Assembly (NCBI RefSeq): GCF_002854065.1
Contig: NZ_CP024147.1
Reading direction: 5' to 3' (one strand)
Source: Escherichia coli
GTDB taxonomy: Bacteria; Pseudomonadota; Gammaproteobacteria; Enterobacterales; Enterobacteriaceae
DNA length: 64,000 nt
The position numbers were made by a program, and so were the translations under genes. The number at the start of each line of letters is the position of its first letter. Position 1 is the first letter of the stretch. Below the pieces are notes generated by a model. That model saw only the letters and a program-made list of their open reading frames with translations. It was not told the origin of the DNA and ran no database searches. Positions 1 to 10,524 of this stretch are shown here, piece after piece.

Positions 1-515
1 GCCCCTTTAGCGGGTACCATGCCTGCTTTTTCAATTTCTTTGTCATTCGCAAAAAATTGATTAAAGGTAATATTAAAAACTGTCGGATTATCAACGCGGA
101 GCTGATTACCGTTACGCGTAAATCGCAGTTCATTTGGCGCGGTTTTTACATCACCCTTTAAACCTGCCGGGCGATAAAAAAGTTTGATTCGGGTGCGAAC
201 GGCAATCTGCAAAACATTTTTGTTTTCGCTGTCGTCACTTTTAGATGGAATGGCTTTCACATTAACCCAGTAGACCGATTCGCGATCCTGAGGCAGGCCG
301 GGCGTAATATTCACAATACGCAAAATATTGTTCTTTTCTGGATCAAGCTTGAATAGTGGGGGCGTAATAATAAACGGTGTTTTTTTGCTGCCCGCGGCAT
401 CATCCACCCAGGATTGGATAAGAAACTCTTCCGTCTTACTTTTATTCTGTACGGTCAGCGGGTGATGCTGCCAACTTACTGATTTAGTGTATGATGGTGT
501 TTTTGAGGTGCTCCA

Positions 516-791
516 GTGGCTTCTGTTTCTATCAGCTGTCCCTCCTGTTCAGCTACTGACGGGGTGGTGCGTAACGGCAAAAGCACCGCCGGACATCAGC
601 GCTATCTCTGCTCTCACTGCCGTAAAACATGGCAACTGCAGTTCACTTACACCGCTTCTCAACCCGGTACGCACCAGAAAATCATTGATATGGCCATGAA
701 TGGCGTTGGATGCCGGGCAACTGCCCGCATTATGGGCGTTGGCCTCAACACGATTTTACGTCACTTAAAAAACTCAGGCCGCAGTCGGTAA
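516..791 (+). CDS. insA: IS1 InsA (91 aa)
   Basis: ORF track. Canonical InsA sequence [30 protein letters not shown]. Confidence 0.95.
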
Positions 792-1213
792 CCTCGCGCA
801 TACAGCCGGGCAGTGACGTCATCGTCTGCGCGGAAATGGACGAACAGTGGGGCTATGTCGGGGCTAAATCGCGCCAGCGCTGGCTGTTTTACGCGTATGA
901 CAGTCTCCGGAAGACGGTTGTTGCGCACGTATTCGGTGAACGCACTATGGCGACGCTGGGGCGTCTTATGAGCCTGCTGTCACCCTTTGACGTGGTGATA
1001 TGGATGACGGATGGCTGGCCGCTGTATGAATCCCGCCTGAAGGGAAAGCTGCACGTAATCAGCAAGCGATATACGCAGCGAATTGAGCGGCATAACCTGA
1101 ATCTGAGGCAGCACCTGGCACGGCTGGGACGGAAGTCGCTGTCGTTCTCAAAATCGGTGGAGCTGCATGACAAAGTCATCGGGCATTATCTGAACATAAA
1201 ACACTATCAATAA
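710..1213 (+). CDS. insB: IS1 InsB / InsAB' transposase (frameshift at the A-run upstream)
   Basis: ORF track. Canonical InsB sequence. The A6C slippery run TTAAAAAACTC lies in the insA/insB overlap. Confidence 0.95.
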
Positions 1214-1380
1214 GTTGGAGTCATTACCCGGTCAGCGAGGCTTCTTTCTTACTGCCATCATAAATTACGCGAGTAGAGCTAAGTCCGACGCCACCCGCCA
1301 GAACTGACTGTGAAAGGAACAGAGAGAGAGCCAACGCAACAAATTTACTTTTCATCATTCGATCCATGAACTTTGACGAC

Positions 1381-1400
1381 TAATGGCGGCAATTACGCCG
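1381..1400 (-). other. Intercistronic stem-loop (GGCGGC-AATTA-GCCGCC) between the fimbrial major subunit and the chaperone
   Basis: Perfect 7-bp inverted repeat seen in sequence. This is the typical position for an mRNA-stabilising or attenuating hairpin in chaperone-usher operons. Confidence 0.4.
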
Positions 1401-1419
1401 CCATTTGTAAAACGGACGA

Positions 1420-1944
1420 TTACTCGTAAGACAGGTTGAAATCGACCTGCGCATTGCCGTAACCGGTCGTTACCGTTGCCAGAGTTGAAACGTAGTTGGC
1501 GGTAAAGTAGAGAACCGTCTGGCCTGTTTTCAGGTCAACACTTGCTTTACCACCGTTAAGAGCGACCAGGGTGTTGCTGTTATCATAAATACCGATACCA
1601 ACACCTTTGGCCGCACCTGCTTCAGTGCTAACAGAAATCAGATCAGATTTATCTGCATCACCAACACCAGTAAAGCTCACATTGGCTTTTTTCATCGTTG
1701 TGGTATCGCAATCTTCCAGTTTGATTTCGAAAGGTTTCGCCGGGGATTTGTCACCAACCGCAGCAAATACAGATTTTTGTACCTGACCCAACACAACTTC
1801 CTGGTTCTGAGAGTCAACGGACAGTACGCAAGGTGAATCCACGATCTCGCCTGTAAATTTAACCGTACCATCACCAGATTCTGCTGCAAATGCAGAGCCG
1901 GAGGTTAACGCCAGTGCAGTTAAGGCAAAAACGACCTTTTTCAT
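1420..1944 (-). CDS. lpfA: Fimbrial major subunit (long polar fimbriae LpfA-like)
   Basis: MKKVVFALTALALTSGSAFA signal peptide, the fimbrial subunit Cys pair and a C-terminal beta-strand motif. It sits between yhjX and the chaperone gene, as in the lpf locus. Confidence 0.8.
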   Translation of the reverse strand: MKKVVFALTALALTSGSAFAAESGDGTVKFTGEIVDSPCVLSVDSQNQEVVLGQVQKSVFAAVGDKSPAKPFEIKLEDCDTTTMKKANVSFTGVGDADKSDLISVSTEAGAAKGVGIGIYDNSNTLVALNGGKASVDLKTGQTVLYFTANYVSTLATVTTGYGNAQVDFNLSYE

Positions 1945-2237
1945 GAAAAACTCCATTTTATTAAATCACATTAATTAGCAAATAGTGATGCTTTAACATT
2001 GCATCAACTTTGAAGGCGGGATTATACAAATAAACAAGGAAAAGAAAATTAAGAGGATAAAATATCAATAAATTAAGAAAGTGTGAATTTTGATTTAAAT
2101 CACTAAGTTGCCTTTCGGGATAAAAAATCAGGAATGATTTTTAGGAAAAAACAAATACAAAATATCAATTAATCAATCCATATACATTCACTTTGTAAAT
2201 ATATAGAGTTTTGTAATCTCCTTATTATTTTAAACGA

Positions 2238-2270
2238 AAAAAAGGGGCTCTCTCGCCCCTTCGTTAATAA
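2238..2270 (-). terminator. Rho-independent terminator downstream of yhjX (AGGGGC-tctctc-GCCCCT plus a T-run on the minus strand)
   Basis: GC-rich hairpin followed by AAAAAAA on the plus strand, which is a T-run on the minus strand. It lies immediately 3' of the yhjX stop. Confidence 0.6.
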
Positions 2271-2284
2271 CCAACGCCATCTCA

Positions 2285-3487
2285 TTAAATATGCGCCTCA
2301 CGCAACACTTTCTGCTGCGGCTGGCGAATGGTGGTGGAAAGTGCCAGGGAAATAATCAGCAGAGCAAAGATGACGCAGAAAGTCACATAAAATCCACCGA
2401 ATAGCGAGGCGATAATCGAACCGCAAATGCTGCCGATACCAAAACCGAGGTAAATCACACCGTAGTTTTTCGCCAGATTATTGAGGCCGAAGAACTCACT
2501 AACCAGTGACGGGAAAACGGTAATGGTGCCGCCGAAGTTAAATGCTACACAAGCAATCGCGGCGAAGAATGTTAACGCGTTAAGCGGTGCAAACAGCAGA
2601 GCAGCCATGCCCACCAGTGACACTACCTGACCAATGGTGATGACGCGAATACGCGAGATTTTGTCAGACAGAATACCCAGCACCAGGCGCCCGCTAAGGT
2701 TGGCGATGGAAATAACAGTGACTGCATTGGCTGCAGAAACCACATCAAGGTGTGCCAGACTTTGGGCGATATCTTTCGCTACCCCAATCACGTACAGGCC
2801 GCTCATGCAGGCAGTCAGGAACATTACCGCTAACATCCAGTACTGCGGTTTACGCATCGACTCTGCCAGCGTGTAATCTTTCTCCACCACACCATTGCTG
2901 GTTTTCACTTCCTGTTTTGGTGCGTCTTTCATTAACGTTGCGCCGAAAACAATCATCACCAGCGCAATCGCTCCCCAAATCACAAAGGTTTTTTCCAGAC
3001 CGACCGTTTCCAGCAGCTGCGTGTCGATAAATTTGAAACCCAGGCTACCCAGACCATAAGAACCGATAGCGAACGCGGAGATCAGACCTTTACGCTCCGG
3101 GAACCATTTCACGCAGTTAGAGAGCGTCAGCAGGTAACCCGCGCCATCCGCCAGACCGACCAGCACACCGGCGCTTAACCACAGCATCATCAGGTTGTCA
3201 GAATGCGCTGTCAGGAAGAACCCTAATCCCAGCAAAATGCCGGAAGCGATGGTGACGCGTTTAACACCAAAACGTTCCTGCAATTTGCCCGCAACAGAAG
3301 ACGAAATTGCCAGCCCCAGACTTAACAAGCCGAAAGAGAAAGCGACCTGGCTTACCGGCGCATCCAGCTTGGCGGAAAGCGCGCCGTTAAACAGGCTCCA
3401 GGTATAAACCGACCCCAGCGCAAACTGGGTAATGATAGTACCGATGAGTGTCAGCCAGCGGGTACGCTGATAATTTGAAGGTGTCAT
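2285..3487 (-). CDS. yhjX: MFS transporter of the oxalate/formate antiporter family, YhjX
   Basis: ORF track. N-terminus MTPSNYQRTRWLTLIGT (the track ORF is extended 15 codons upstream). Synteny with yhjY/tag. Confidence 0.85.
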   Translation of the reverse strand: MTPSNYQRTRWLTLIGTIITQFALGSVYTWSLFNGALSAKLDAPVSQVAFSFGLLSLGLAISSSVAGKLQERFGVKRVTIASGILLGLGFFLTAHSDNLMMLWLSAGVLVGLADGAGYLLTLSNCVKWFPERKGLISAFAIGSYGLGSLGFKFIDTQLLETVGLEKTFVIWGAIALVMIVFGATLMKDAPKQEVKTSNGVVEKDYTLAESMRKPQYWMLAVMFLTACMSGLYVIGVAKDIAQSLAHLDVVSAANAVTVISIANLSGRLVLGILSDKISRIRVITIGQVVSLVGMAALLFAPLNALTFFAAIACVAFNFGGTITVFPSLVSEFFGLNNLAKNYGVIYLGFGIGSICGSIIASLFGGFYVTFCVIFALLIISLALSTTIRQPQQKVLREAHI

Positions 3488-3570
3488 GGCAGTATTCCTG
3501 CAGTAATAAAAAGGAAAAATCTCTGCCGACAACCATAACGAAGTGCACTTTATGCCTGGGGAAAAACGGC

Positions 3571-3601
3571 ATGAAATGCCATCAGAACGGAATGAAATGC
3601 C
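3571..3601 (-). promoter_or_regulatory. Tandem direct repeats GGCATTTCAT-N11-GGCATTTCAT (shown on the minus strand). This is the YpdB response-regulator binding site of the yhjX promoter.
   Basis: Two exact 10-bp repeats ATGAAATGCC at 3571..3580 and 3592..3601 with an 11-bp spacer. They match the published YpdB motif for yhjX and lie upstream of the yhjX start. Confidence 0.7.
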
Positions 3602-3715
3602 TTAGTTCAGGAATGAATGACGCGACAATTATTCACCAAATTTATTATTTGGTAAGTTAGCACCCACTATCGCCACAACTATTGTTATTCAATGGTTTCA
3701 ATTGTGATTGTTACG

Positions 3716-4420
3716 TTAAAATCTGGCACTAACCCCCATCGTATACAGATAATCGCTATTGTTAGTGGTATTTTCTGCCTGAGATAGCGCGGCATAGGCG
3801 GCAATATTTTGATTGAGCAACATATCAGCGCCTACGGTGACATCCAGCCAGTTGCCGTTCTGGTTTGTCGCCGTCATCCGGCTCAGGCCTGATTGCGCCT
3901 TCCAGATATTCTCGCCAAATTGCTGGTTATAGCTGATTTGCGCCCAGGGTCGGAGATCGCCAAGCCGGGAGTCAACACGCCAGCCTAAGGTACTCACGCT
4001 GGCATGCCATAACGGATCGGTCAGCGTGGTAGTACTGTCGCCAAACTCGTTATACATCGAGGTGGTTGTGCCATCGTAATGTAATGCCGCGACCGGGCCA
4101 GTTGTAACCTGTTCATATAAAGGAAAATTCCAGCCCATACTCATACTGCTGGTCACATCCACAGGGGTTTCTTCCGCCAGATTGACTTCCAGTCCCAGCG
4201 CCCTTTGGCTACTTTGAATACGTTGCGACAAAATATCGTTGTAATCAGGTTGATGATCACTATCCCAGGTGTAACGCTCTGTGGAATGCCCGGGTTGCGT
4301 ATCAACGATATATTCTTGTTGCCAGGCGTAAGCTGTGTTGAGAAAAAAGGCACTGATTACCACACTCGCCAGCAGGCTTAGCTGCCAGCGACCACCGCTT
4401 TTTTTTATGATCATTAACAC
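3716..4420 (-). CDS. yhjY: Outer-membrane protein YhjY (autotransporter beta-domain-like)
   Basis: ORF track, 234 aa, signal peptide, C-terminal aromatic residue. Synteny. Confidence 0.75.
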   Translation of the reverse strand: MLMIIKKSGGRWQLSLLASVVISAFFLNTAYAWQQEYIVDTQPGHSTERYTWDSDHQPDYNDILSQRIQSSQRALGLEVNLAEETPVDVTSSMSMGWNFPLYEQVTTGPVAALHYDGTTTSMYNEFGDSTTTLTDPLWHASVSTLGWRVDSRLGDLRPWAQISYNQQFGENIWKAQSGLSRMTATNQNGNWLDVTVGADMLLNQNIAAYAALSQAENTTNNSDYLYTMGVSARF

Positions 4421-4571
4421 GACTCCAGGGAAGAGCCGAATTCGGCAATATTATTGTCATTGTATGAAGGATATCGGGCATAGTAGCCCTGTATTAAATA
4501 TTGACTTTTTCACCGATGCGTCAAGAAAAGCGGCTGAAATTTTTACGATCGGGTACATAGCGAGGGAAAGT

Positions 4572-5135
4572 ATGGAACGTTGCGGCTGGGTGAGTCAGGA
4601 CCCGCTTTATATTGCCTACCATGATAATGAGTGGGGCGTGCCTGAAACTGACAGTAAAAAACTGTTCGAAATGATCTGCCTGGAAGGGCAGCAGGCTGGG
4701 TTATCGTGGATCACCGTCCTCAAAAAACGCGAAAACTATCGCGCCTGCTTTCATCAGTTCGATCCGGTGAAGGTTGCCGCAATGCAGGAAGAGGATATCG
4801 AAAGACTGGTACAGGACGCCGGGATTATCCGCCATCGCGGGAAAATTCAGGCAATTATTGGTAATGCGCGGGCGTACCTGCAAATGGAACAGAACGGCGA
4901 ACCGTTTGCCGACTTTGTCTGGTCGTTTGTAAATCATCAGCCACAGGTGACACAAGCCACAACGTTGAGCGAAATCCCCACATCTACGCCCGCCTCCGAC
5001 GCCCTATCTAAGGCACTGAAAAAACGTGGTTTTAAGTTTGTCGGTACCACAATCTGTTACTCCTTTATGCAGGCATGTGGGCTGGTGAATGATCATGTGG
5101 TTGGCTGCTGTTGCTATCCGGGAAATAAACCATGA
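4572..5135 (+). CDS. tag: 3-methyladenine DNA glycosylase I
   Basis: MERCGWVSQDPLYIAYHDNEWGVPE..., 187 aa. The track ORF is over-extended at the 5' end. Confidence 0.9.
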   Translation: MERCGWVSQDPLYIAYHDNEWGVPETDSKKLFEMICLEGQQAGLSWITVLKKRENYRACFHQFDPVKVAAMQEEDIERLVQDAGIIRHRGKIQAIIGNARAYLQMEQNGEPFADFVWSFVNHQPQVTQATTLSEIPTSTPASDALSKALKKRGFKFVGTTICYSFMQACGLVNDHVVGCCCYPGNKP

Positions 5136-5572
5136 TTAGGGAAGCGCAACGTTCAGAACTCCCCGCGATCCTCGAACTGTGGCTGGAAAGTACAACCTGG
5201 GGCCATCCCTTTATAAAAGCGAATTACTGGCGCGAGTGCATTCCGCTGGTGCGGGATGCCTATCTTGCCAACGCACAAAACTGGGTCTGGGAAGAAGACA
5301 GTAAGCTTCTCGGTTTTGTCAGCATTATGGAAGGCCGATTTCTGGCAGCGATGTTTGTCGCACCGAAGGCCGTCAGGCGCGGTATTGGTAAGGCGCTGAT
5401 GCAGTATGTGCAACAGCGCCATCCCCATCTGATGCTGGAGGTTTATCAAAAAAATCAACCGGCGATAGATTTTTACCAGGCGCAGGGTTTTCACATTGTC
5501 GATTGCGCATGGCAGGATGAAACCCAACTACCCACCTGGATTATGAGCTGGCCGGTGGTTCAAACGCTGTAA
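5132..5572 (+). CDS. yiaC: GNAT N-acetyltransferase YiaC
   Basis: 146 aa. Its start overlaps the tag stop by 4 nt. Synteny. Confidence 0.85.
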   Translation: MIREAQRSELPAILELWLESTTWGHPFIKANYWRECIPLVRDAYLANAQNWVWEEDSKLLGFVSIMEGRFLAAMFVAPKAVRRGIGKALMQYVQQRHPHLMLEVYQKNQPAIDFYQAQGFHIVDCAWQDETQLPTWIMSWPVVQTL

Positions 5573-7874
5573 GTGTCAGTTCCGGACCGTTGTATTTTTC
5601 TAGCCATGCCAGCGCCGTATTACCCGCACAGCCATTCCCCAGCCGCGAGCTGGGGAGATCTTTGGTCAGCACGTTGACTGCGCCGTTTTTACAAATACCG
5701 TCAGCGGTTAAATCCAAATCCGGCCATGCCCCTTCGTGAATACAAATCACGCCAGGTTTAATTCCCTCGCTAATGACCGCTCCGGCAAGAATTTGCCCGC
5801 GTGCGTTCCACAGCCGAACAGTATCGCCATCTTGTATGCCGCGCGCCTGGGCATCGTCAGGATGAATGGTGACAGGCTCACGGTTTGCCACCGCGTACAA
5901 TTCGCGCAGAGAACTGTAATTCAGCTGGCTGTGCAGACGATGCGCCGGATGAGCAGAAAGTACCTGTAACTGTTCCGGTTCGGCATTGCCCTGCCATTCG
6001 TCCGGCACCAGCCACATTGGATGCCCCGGGCAATCCGGATAAGCGTAATCGGCAATACGCTGCGAGAAGATTTCAATCTTACTGCTGGCGGTTTTTAATG
6101 GATGCACCTGCGGATCCCGGCAAAAATCAGCGAAGCGAATAAACCGCTCGCTGTCCGGGTTTTCCGGCATCTCAATTAACTGATTGGCTTGCCAGAACTC
6201 AGCAAATGGCGGCAATTCAACCTGCTGGCTTGCCCCGCGCTGTCGGGCAACGTTATAAAACGTTTCCAGCCATTGCAGCTCACTTTTTCCTTCCGTAAAA
6301 CGTGCATAACCGCCCTTCTCCCAGCGTTCACTTAACTCGGCAAAAACATCAAAATCATTACGCGCTTCATAGCGTGGCGGCACCACTTGCTTCATCGGCA
6401 CCAGATGCTGATTACTATAATCACCGGTCATGGTGAGATCATTACGCTCAAAAGAGGTAGTCGCAGGCAGAACGATATCCGCGTGTTTCGCCGCCGCCGT
6501 CCAGAAGCATTCAGAGATCACCACCAGCTCCGGTTTTTGCCAGGCACGGATCAGGCGATTGGTATCCTGATGATGAGTAAAGTTGGCACCGCCCGCCCAC
6601 CAGATAAAACGAATATCCGGGAAATGTCGGTCCATACCGTTGTGTTGATATGCGCCACCGGGGTTTTCCAGTGCTTCAACAATGCGGGCGACAGGGATTT
6701 TATCTACCGCATCGCAGCCACCCGGCAAGCTGCCCTGCATGGAAGAGAGTACCGCAGCGCGCCGCGTGGGGTTACCACCATTGGCAAAATGGTAAGAAAG
6801 ACCAAAACCGCCGCCGGGTGTGCCGATTTGCCCCAACATTGCTGCCAGCGTGACGATCATCCAGTGTTTTTGCTCACCAAACTGTTGGCGCTGCATTCCC
6901 CAGCCAGCCATCAGCATGGTGGTATTTTGGTGGAAAATAGCCGCCAGCTCGCGGATTTTCGCTGCGCCAACACCACAAATCTCTGCTGCCCATTCGGCGG
7001 TTTTCGCTATTCCGTCACTCTCGCCCAGCAAATAAGAGGCGAAGACGGCATAACCTGTGGTGCAACGCGCCAGAAACGCTTCGTCGTGCCAACCATTTTC
7101 CACCAGCGTATGGGCGATCCCCAGCATCAGCGCAACATCAGTGCCCATGTGCGGTGCCACCCACTCCATTTTATCGCCAAAGAAATCGACGGTTTCCGAT
7201 CGCATTGGATCAATGCAGATCAGCTTTTTCCCGCTGTCACGCAGTGCAGAAAAGTAAGAAAGCCCCTGCTCATCGGATGCATTCCACGCAATTTTCAGCG
7301 TATTGAGTGGGTTAGCACTCCACAGCACCACGACATCGCTATGTTCCAGCACCAGCGGCCAACTGGTCTGCTGTTGATAAACTTCACTACCACCCACGAC
7401 ATACGGCATGATCGCCTGTGCCGCGCCGGTCGAATAATCCCCCAGATGCCCGGTATAACCGCCTGCCAGCGCCATATAGCGTTGTAATAATGTCGAGGCC
7501 TTATGCAGCACGCCGTTTGAACGCCAGCCGTAGGAACCAGCAAAAATCGATGCCGGACCATAAGCCTCACGAATGCGTTTATGTTGTTGGTGAATAAGAT
7601 CCAGCGCCTCATCCCAACTCACGCGAACAAATTCATCCTGCCCACGAATGCCTTGCGGGTTTTCCGGTGACGCGAGAAAGCCTTTGCGCACCATTGGAAA
7701 TCGTACCCGCGTATTGCTGTGAACCTGGTCGCGAACCGCGCTCTGCAAGGAGTTTTCCATTCCTGTGGCTAACGCGCCACGCGAGCTAAACACGGTTTCG
7801 CCGTCGGTTTCAACCAGCATGGGCCCCCAATGGGCGGCAGTCAGAACGGAATATCGTGAGGATGAGTTGGCCAA
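5541..7874 (-). CDS. bisC: Biotin sulfoxide reductase (molybdopterin)
   Basis: 777 aa. Molybdopterin oxidoreductase motifs. Synteny. Confidence 0.9.
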   Translation of the reverse strand: MANSSSRYSVLTAAHWGPMLVETDGETVFSSRGALATGMENSLQSAVRDQVHSNTRVRFPMVRKGFLASPENPQGIRGQDEFVRVSWDEALDLIHQQHKRIREAYGPASIFAGSYGWRSNGVLHKASTLLQRYMALAGGYTGHLGDYSTGAAQAIMPYVVGGSEVYQQQTSWPLVLEHSDVVVLWSANPLNTLKIAWNASDEQGLSYFSALRDSGKKLICIDPMRSETVDFFGDKMEWVAPHMGTDVALMLGIAHTLVENGWHDEAFLARCTTGYAVFASYLLGESDGIAKTAEWAAEICGVGAAKIRELAAIFHQNTTMLMAGWGMQRQQFGEQKHWMIVTLAAMLGQIGTPGGGFGLSYHFANGGNPTRRAAVLSSMQGSLPGGCDAVDKIPVARIVEALENPGGAYQHNGMDRHFPDIRFIWWAGGANFTHHQDTNRLIRAWQKPELVVISECFWTAAAKHADIVLPATTSFERNDLTMTGDYSNQHLVPMKQVVPPRYEARNDFDVFAELSERWEKGGYARFTEGKSELQWLETFYNVARQRGASQQVELPPFAEFWQANQLIEMPENPDSERFIRFADFCRDPQVHPLKTASSKIEIFSQRIADYAYPDCPGHPMWLVPDEWQGNAEPEQLQVLSAHPAHRLHSQLNYSSLRELYAVANREPVTIHPDDAQARGIQDGDTVRLWNARGQILAGAVISEGIKPGVICIHEGAWPDLDLTADGICKNGAVNVLTKDLPSSRLGNGCAGNTALAWLEKYNGPELTLTAFEPPASS

Positions 7875-8026
7875 ACCGAAGACTCCTGAAAGGTTAGATG
7901 TATTGAGCAGTTAAATATTACTTACAAATTTCCGAGTATTCCCAGGAATAATCTTCATGTTCACGCGGCATAATCTCCCGCCACGGAACCCGTGGCAAAG
8001 AATAAAAAGGTTATTAAGGATTAACA

Positions 8027-8686
8027 ATGAAGAAACGTGTTTATCTTATTGCCGCCGTAGTGAGTGGCGCTCTGGCGGTATCTGGCTGCACAACTAACCC
8101 TTACACCGGCGAACGCGAAGCAGGTAAATCTGCTATCGGCGCAGGTCTGGGCTCTCTCGTGGGCGCGGGTATTGGTGCGCTCTCTTCTTCGAAGAAAGAT
8201 CGCGGTAAAGGCACGCTGATTGGCGCAGCAGCAGGCGCAGCTCTGGGCGGCGGCGTGGGTTATTACATGGATGTGCAGGAAGCGAAGCTGCGTGACAAAA
8301 TGCGCGGCACTGGTGTTAGTGTAACCCGCAGCGGGGATAACATTATCCTCAATATGCCGAACAATGTGACCTTCGACAGCAGCAGCGCGACCCTGAAACC
8401 TGCGGGCGCTAACACCCTGACCGGCGTGGCAATGGTGCTGAAAGAGTATCCGAAAACGGCGGTTAACGTGATTGGTTATACCGACAGCACGGGTGGTCAC
8501 GATCTGAACATGCGTCTCTCCCAGCAGCGTGCGGATTCCGTTGCCAGCGCGTTGATCACCCAGGGCGTGGACGCCAGCCGCATCCGTACTCAGGGCCTTG
8601 GCCCGGCTAACCCAATCGCCAGCAACAGCACCGCAGAAGGTAAGGCGCAAAACCGCCGTGTAGAAATTACCTTAAGCCCGCTGTAA
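8027..8686 (+). CDS. yiaD: OmpA-family lipoprotein YiaD
   Basis: 219 aa. Lipobox LAVSGC, Gly-rich region, C-terminal OmpA domain (NRRVEI). Confidence 0.9.
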   Translation: MKKRVYLIAAVVSGALAVSGCTTNPYTGEREAGKSAIGAGLGSLVGAGIGALSSSKKDRGKGTLIGAAAGAALGGGVGYYMDVQEAKLRDKMRGTGVSVTRSGDNIILNMPNNVTFDSSSATLKPAGANTLTGVAMVLKEYPKTAVNVIGYTDSTGGHDLNMRLSQQRADSVASALITQGVDASRIRTQGLGPANPIASNSTAEGKAQNRRVEITLSPL

Positions 8687-8698
8687 TCCCTTTCATGC

Positions 8699-8724
8699 CA
8701 GGTGATGCAGAAATCACCTGGCAT
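8699..8724 (+). terminator. Terminator hairpin after yiaD (GCCAGGTGAT...ATCACCTGGC)
   Basis: Perfect 10-bp inverted repeat directly after the yiaD stop. Confidence 0.55.
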
Positions 8725-8789
8725 TCTTCAGTTTTCCTTCATCATATTTCAGGCTAAGGTGATCGCCTTATCAGTGAATGGAGAGAAGC

Positions 8790-9764
8790 ATGAAGCCGTC
8801 CGTTATCCTCTACAAAGCCTTACCTGATGATTTACTGCAACGCCTGCAAGAGCATTTCACCGTTCACCAGGTGGCAAACCTCAGCCCACAAACCGTCGAT
8901 CAAAATGCAGCAATTTTTGCAGAAGCTGAAGGTTTACTGGGTTCAAACGAGAATGTAGATGCCGCATTGCTGGAAAAAATGCCGAAACTGCGTGCCACAT
9001 CAACGATCTCCGTCGGCTATGACAATTTTGATGTCGATGCGCTTACCGCCCGAAAAATTCTGCTGATGCACACGCCAACCGTATTAACAGAAACCGTCGC
9101 CGATACGCTGATGGCGCTGGTGTTGTCTACCGCTCGTCGGGTTGTGGAGGTAGCAGAACGGGTAAAAGCAGGCGAATGGACCGCGAGCATAGGCCCGGAC
9201 TGGTACGGCACTGACGTTCACCATAAAACACTGGGCATTGTCGGGATGGGACGGATCGGCATGGCGCTGGCACAACGTGCGCACTTTGGCTTCAACATGC
9301 CCATCCTCTATAACGCGCGCCGCCACCATAAAGAAGCAGAAGAACGCTTCAACGCCCGCTACTGCGATTTGGATACACTGTTACAAGAGTCAGATTTCGT
9401 TTGCCTGATCCTGCCGTTAACTGATGAGACGTATCATCTATTTGGCGCAGAACAATTCGCCAAAATGAAATCCTCCGCCATATTCATTAATGCCGGACGT
9501 GGCCCGGTGGTTGATGAAAATGCACTGATTGCTGCATTGCAGAAAGGCGAAATTCACGCCGCCGGGCTGGATGTCTTCGAACAAGAGCCACTTTCCGTAG
9601 ATTCGCCGTTGCTCTCAATGGCCAACGTCGTCGCAGTACCGCATATTGGATCTGCCACCCATGAGACGCGTTATGGCATGGCCGCCTGTGCCGTGGATAA
9701 TTTGATTGATGCGTTACAAGGAAAGGTTGAGAAGAACTGTGTGAATCCGCACGTCGCGGACTAA
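8790..9764 (+). CDS. ghrB: Glyoxylate/hydroxypyruvate reductase B (2-ketogluconate reductase)
   Basis: [14 protein letters not shown]..., D-isomer 2-hydroxyacid dehydrogenase motifs, 324 aa. Confidence 0.9.
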   Translation: MKPSVILYKALPDDLLQRLQEHFTVHQVANLSPQTVDQNAAIFAEAEGLLGSNENVDAALLEKMPKLRATSTISVGYDNFDVDALTARKILLMHTPTVLTETVADTLMALVLSTARRVVEVAERVKAGEWTASIGPDWYGTDVHHKTLGIVGMGRIGMALAQRAHFGFNMPILYNARRHHKEAEERFNARYCDLDTLLQESDFVCLILPLTDETYHLFGAEQFAKMKSSAIFINAGRGPVVDENALIAALQKGEIHAAGLDVFEQEPLSVDSPLLSMANVVAVPHIGSATHETRYGMAACAVDNLIDALQGKVEKNCVNPHVAD

Positions 9765-9776
9765 GCCGCGACTGCG

Positions 9777-9809
9777 TGGAGTAAAGCCCGATAATCGCTC
9801 GGGCTTTTA
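9777..9809. terminator. Bidirectional terminator between convergent ghrB and yiaF (AAAGCCCGATAATCGCTCGGGCTTTTAC)
   Basis: Hairpin with A/T runs on both sides. Confidence 0.6.
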
Positions 9810-9813
9810 CTCT

Positions 9814-10524
9814 TTATTGGGTTGCAGTAACTGCTGTAGTCCAGGCCTGATTAAACGCCTGATGTTGTGCCGGTAATGGCGCAATCAGTTTGTTATATTC
9901 ACTTGCCTGCTGTGAAGTCGGGAACTGGATGCCATTTGCTACAAAGCTCACCTGAGTACCTTGTTGGGCAATGTAGTCTCCAACCATCACCAGTTGTTGC
10001 GTGAAAGTTTGTGCCGCCGGAATCAACGGTTGCAATGCATCAGCTGGCGTCGTTACCACTTTGGTGAATGCCTGATCAAAGACCGGTTTCAGGTCATCAC
10101 TCTGTTTTAGCGCAGAGTGCGCAGCATCGGCCTGCAACTTCGCATTTTGCAGTTGTTGCGCCAGCACACCCAGCGAACCATTCATTTCACGCAGCGGACC
10201 GCTTTGCGTAACGTAATCCTGCGGTACGCGAATTGCGTTAACGCTGTCTACAACCGGGCGCAGACCGGAATCCATCGCCTGATTCACCTGCTGAGAATAA
10301 CCATACAGAATCGCGTAATCAGAGACAAAAGGACCAAACTGTTTTTTCTGATCGGCAGTCAGGGTTGGTAGACGTTCACCGCTACGCATCACTGTATTCT
10401 GCAGGAAGTCGATAAACGCTTTACGCTGATCGCCTTCTTTATCAAAACACCCACTCAGGCTAACTACCATTAATAACGCCGCAAGAGGCGCAAACCAGCG
10501 AGAGCAGGACTTTCCTGTCGCCAT
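9814..10524 (-). CDS. yiaF: Lipoprotein YiaF (DUF3053)
   Basis: MATGKSCSRWFAPLAALLMVVSLSGCF lipobox. The track ORF is extended 40 codons upstream. Confidence 0.8.
   Translation of the reverse strand: MATGKSCSRWFAPLAALLMVVSLSGCFDKEGDQRKAFIDFLQNTVMRSGERLPTLTADQKKQFGPFVSDYAILYGYSQQVNQAMDSGLRPVVDSVNAIRVPQDYVTQSGPLREMNGSLGVLAQQLQNAKLQADAAHSALKQSDDLKPVFDQAFTKVVTTPADALQPLIPAAQTFTQQLVMVGDYIAQQGTQVSFVANGIQFPTSQQASEYNKLIAPLPAQHQAFNQAWTTAVTATQ

Larger units (their letters stand above)
461..1228 (+). mobile_element. IS1: IS1 (768 bp), copy A, with a 9-bp target-site duplication CGGTCAGCG at 452..460 and 1229..1237.
   Basis: Terminal inverted repeats GGTGATGCTGCCAACTTACTGAT / ATCAATAAGTTGGAGTCATTACC. 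insA and insB ORFs are present. Identical 9-bp flanks are read directly from the sequence. Confidence 0.95.
1..1355 (-). pseudogene. lpfB: Periplasmic fimbrial chaperone (PapD/LpfB-like) gene split by IS1. The 5' part is 1231..1355 and the body is 1..460, continuing off-window.
   Basis: Reverse translation of 1231..1355 gives MKSKFVALALSLFLSQSVLAGGVGLSSTRVIYDGSKKEASLT. Reverse translation of 460..1 continues VQNKSKTEEFLIQSWVDD...LFKLDPEKNNILRI...IKLFYRP, typical of PapD-like chaperones. The reading frame is interrupted exactly at the IS1 insertion. The position next to yhjX matches the lpf locus of other E. coli. Confidence 0.75.

Noticed and set aside
6387-7487. 366-aa plus-strand ORF inside bisC
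   Set aside because: It is antisense to a well-supported 777-aa molybdoenzyme gene. Its composition is Arg/His-rich and stop-poor, typical of the reverse strand of GC-rich genes. No start context.
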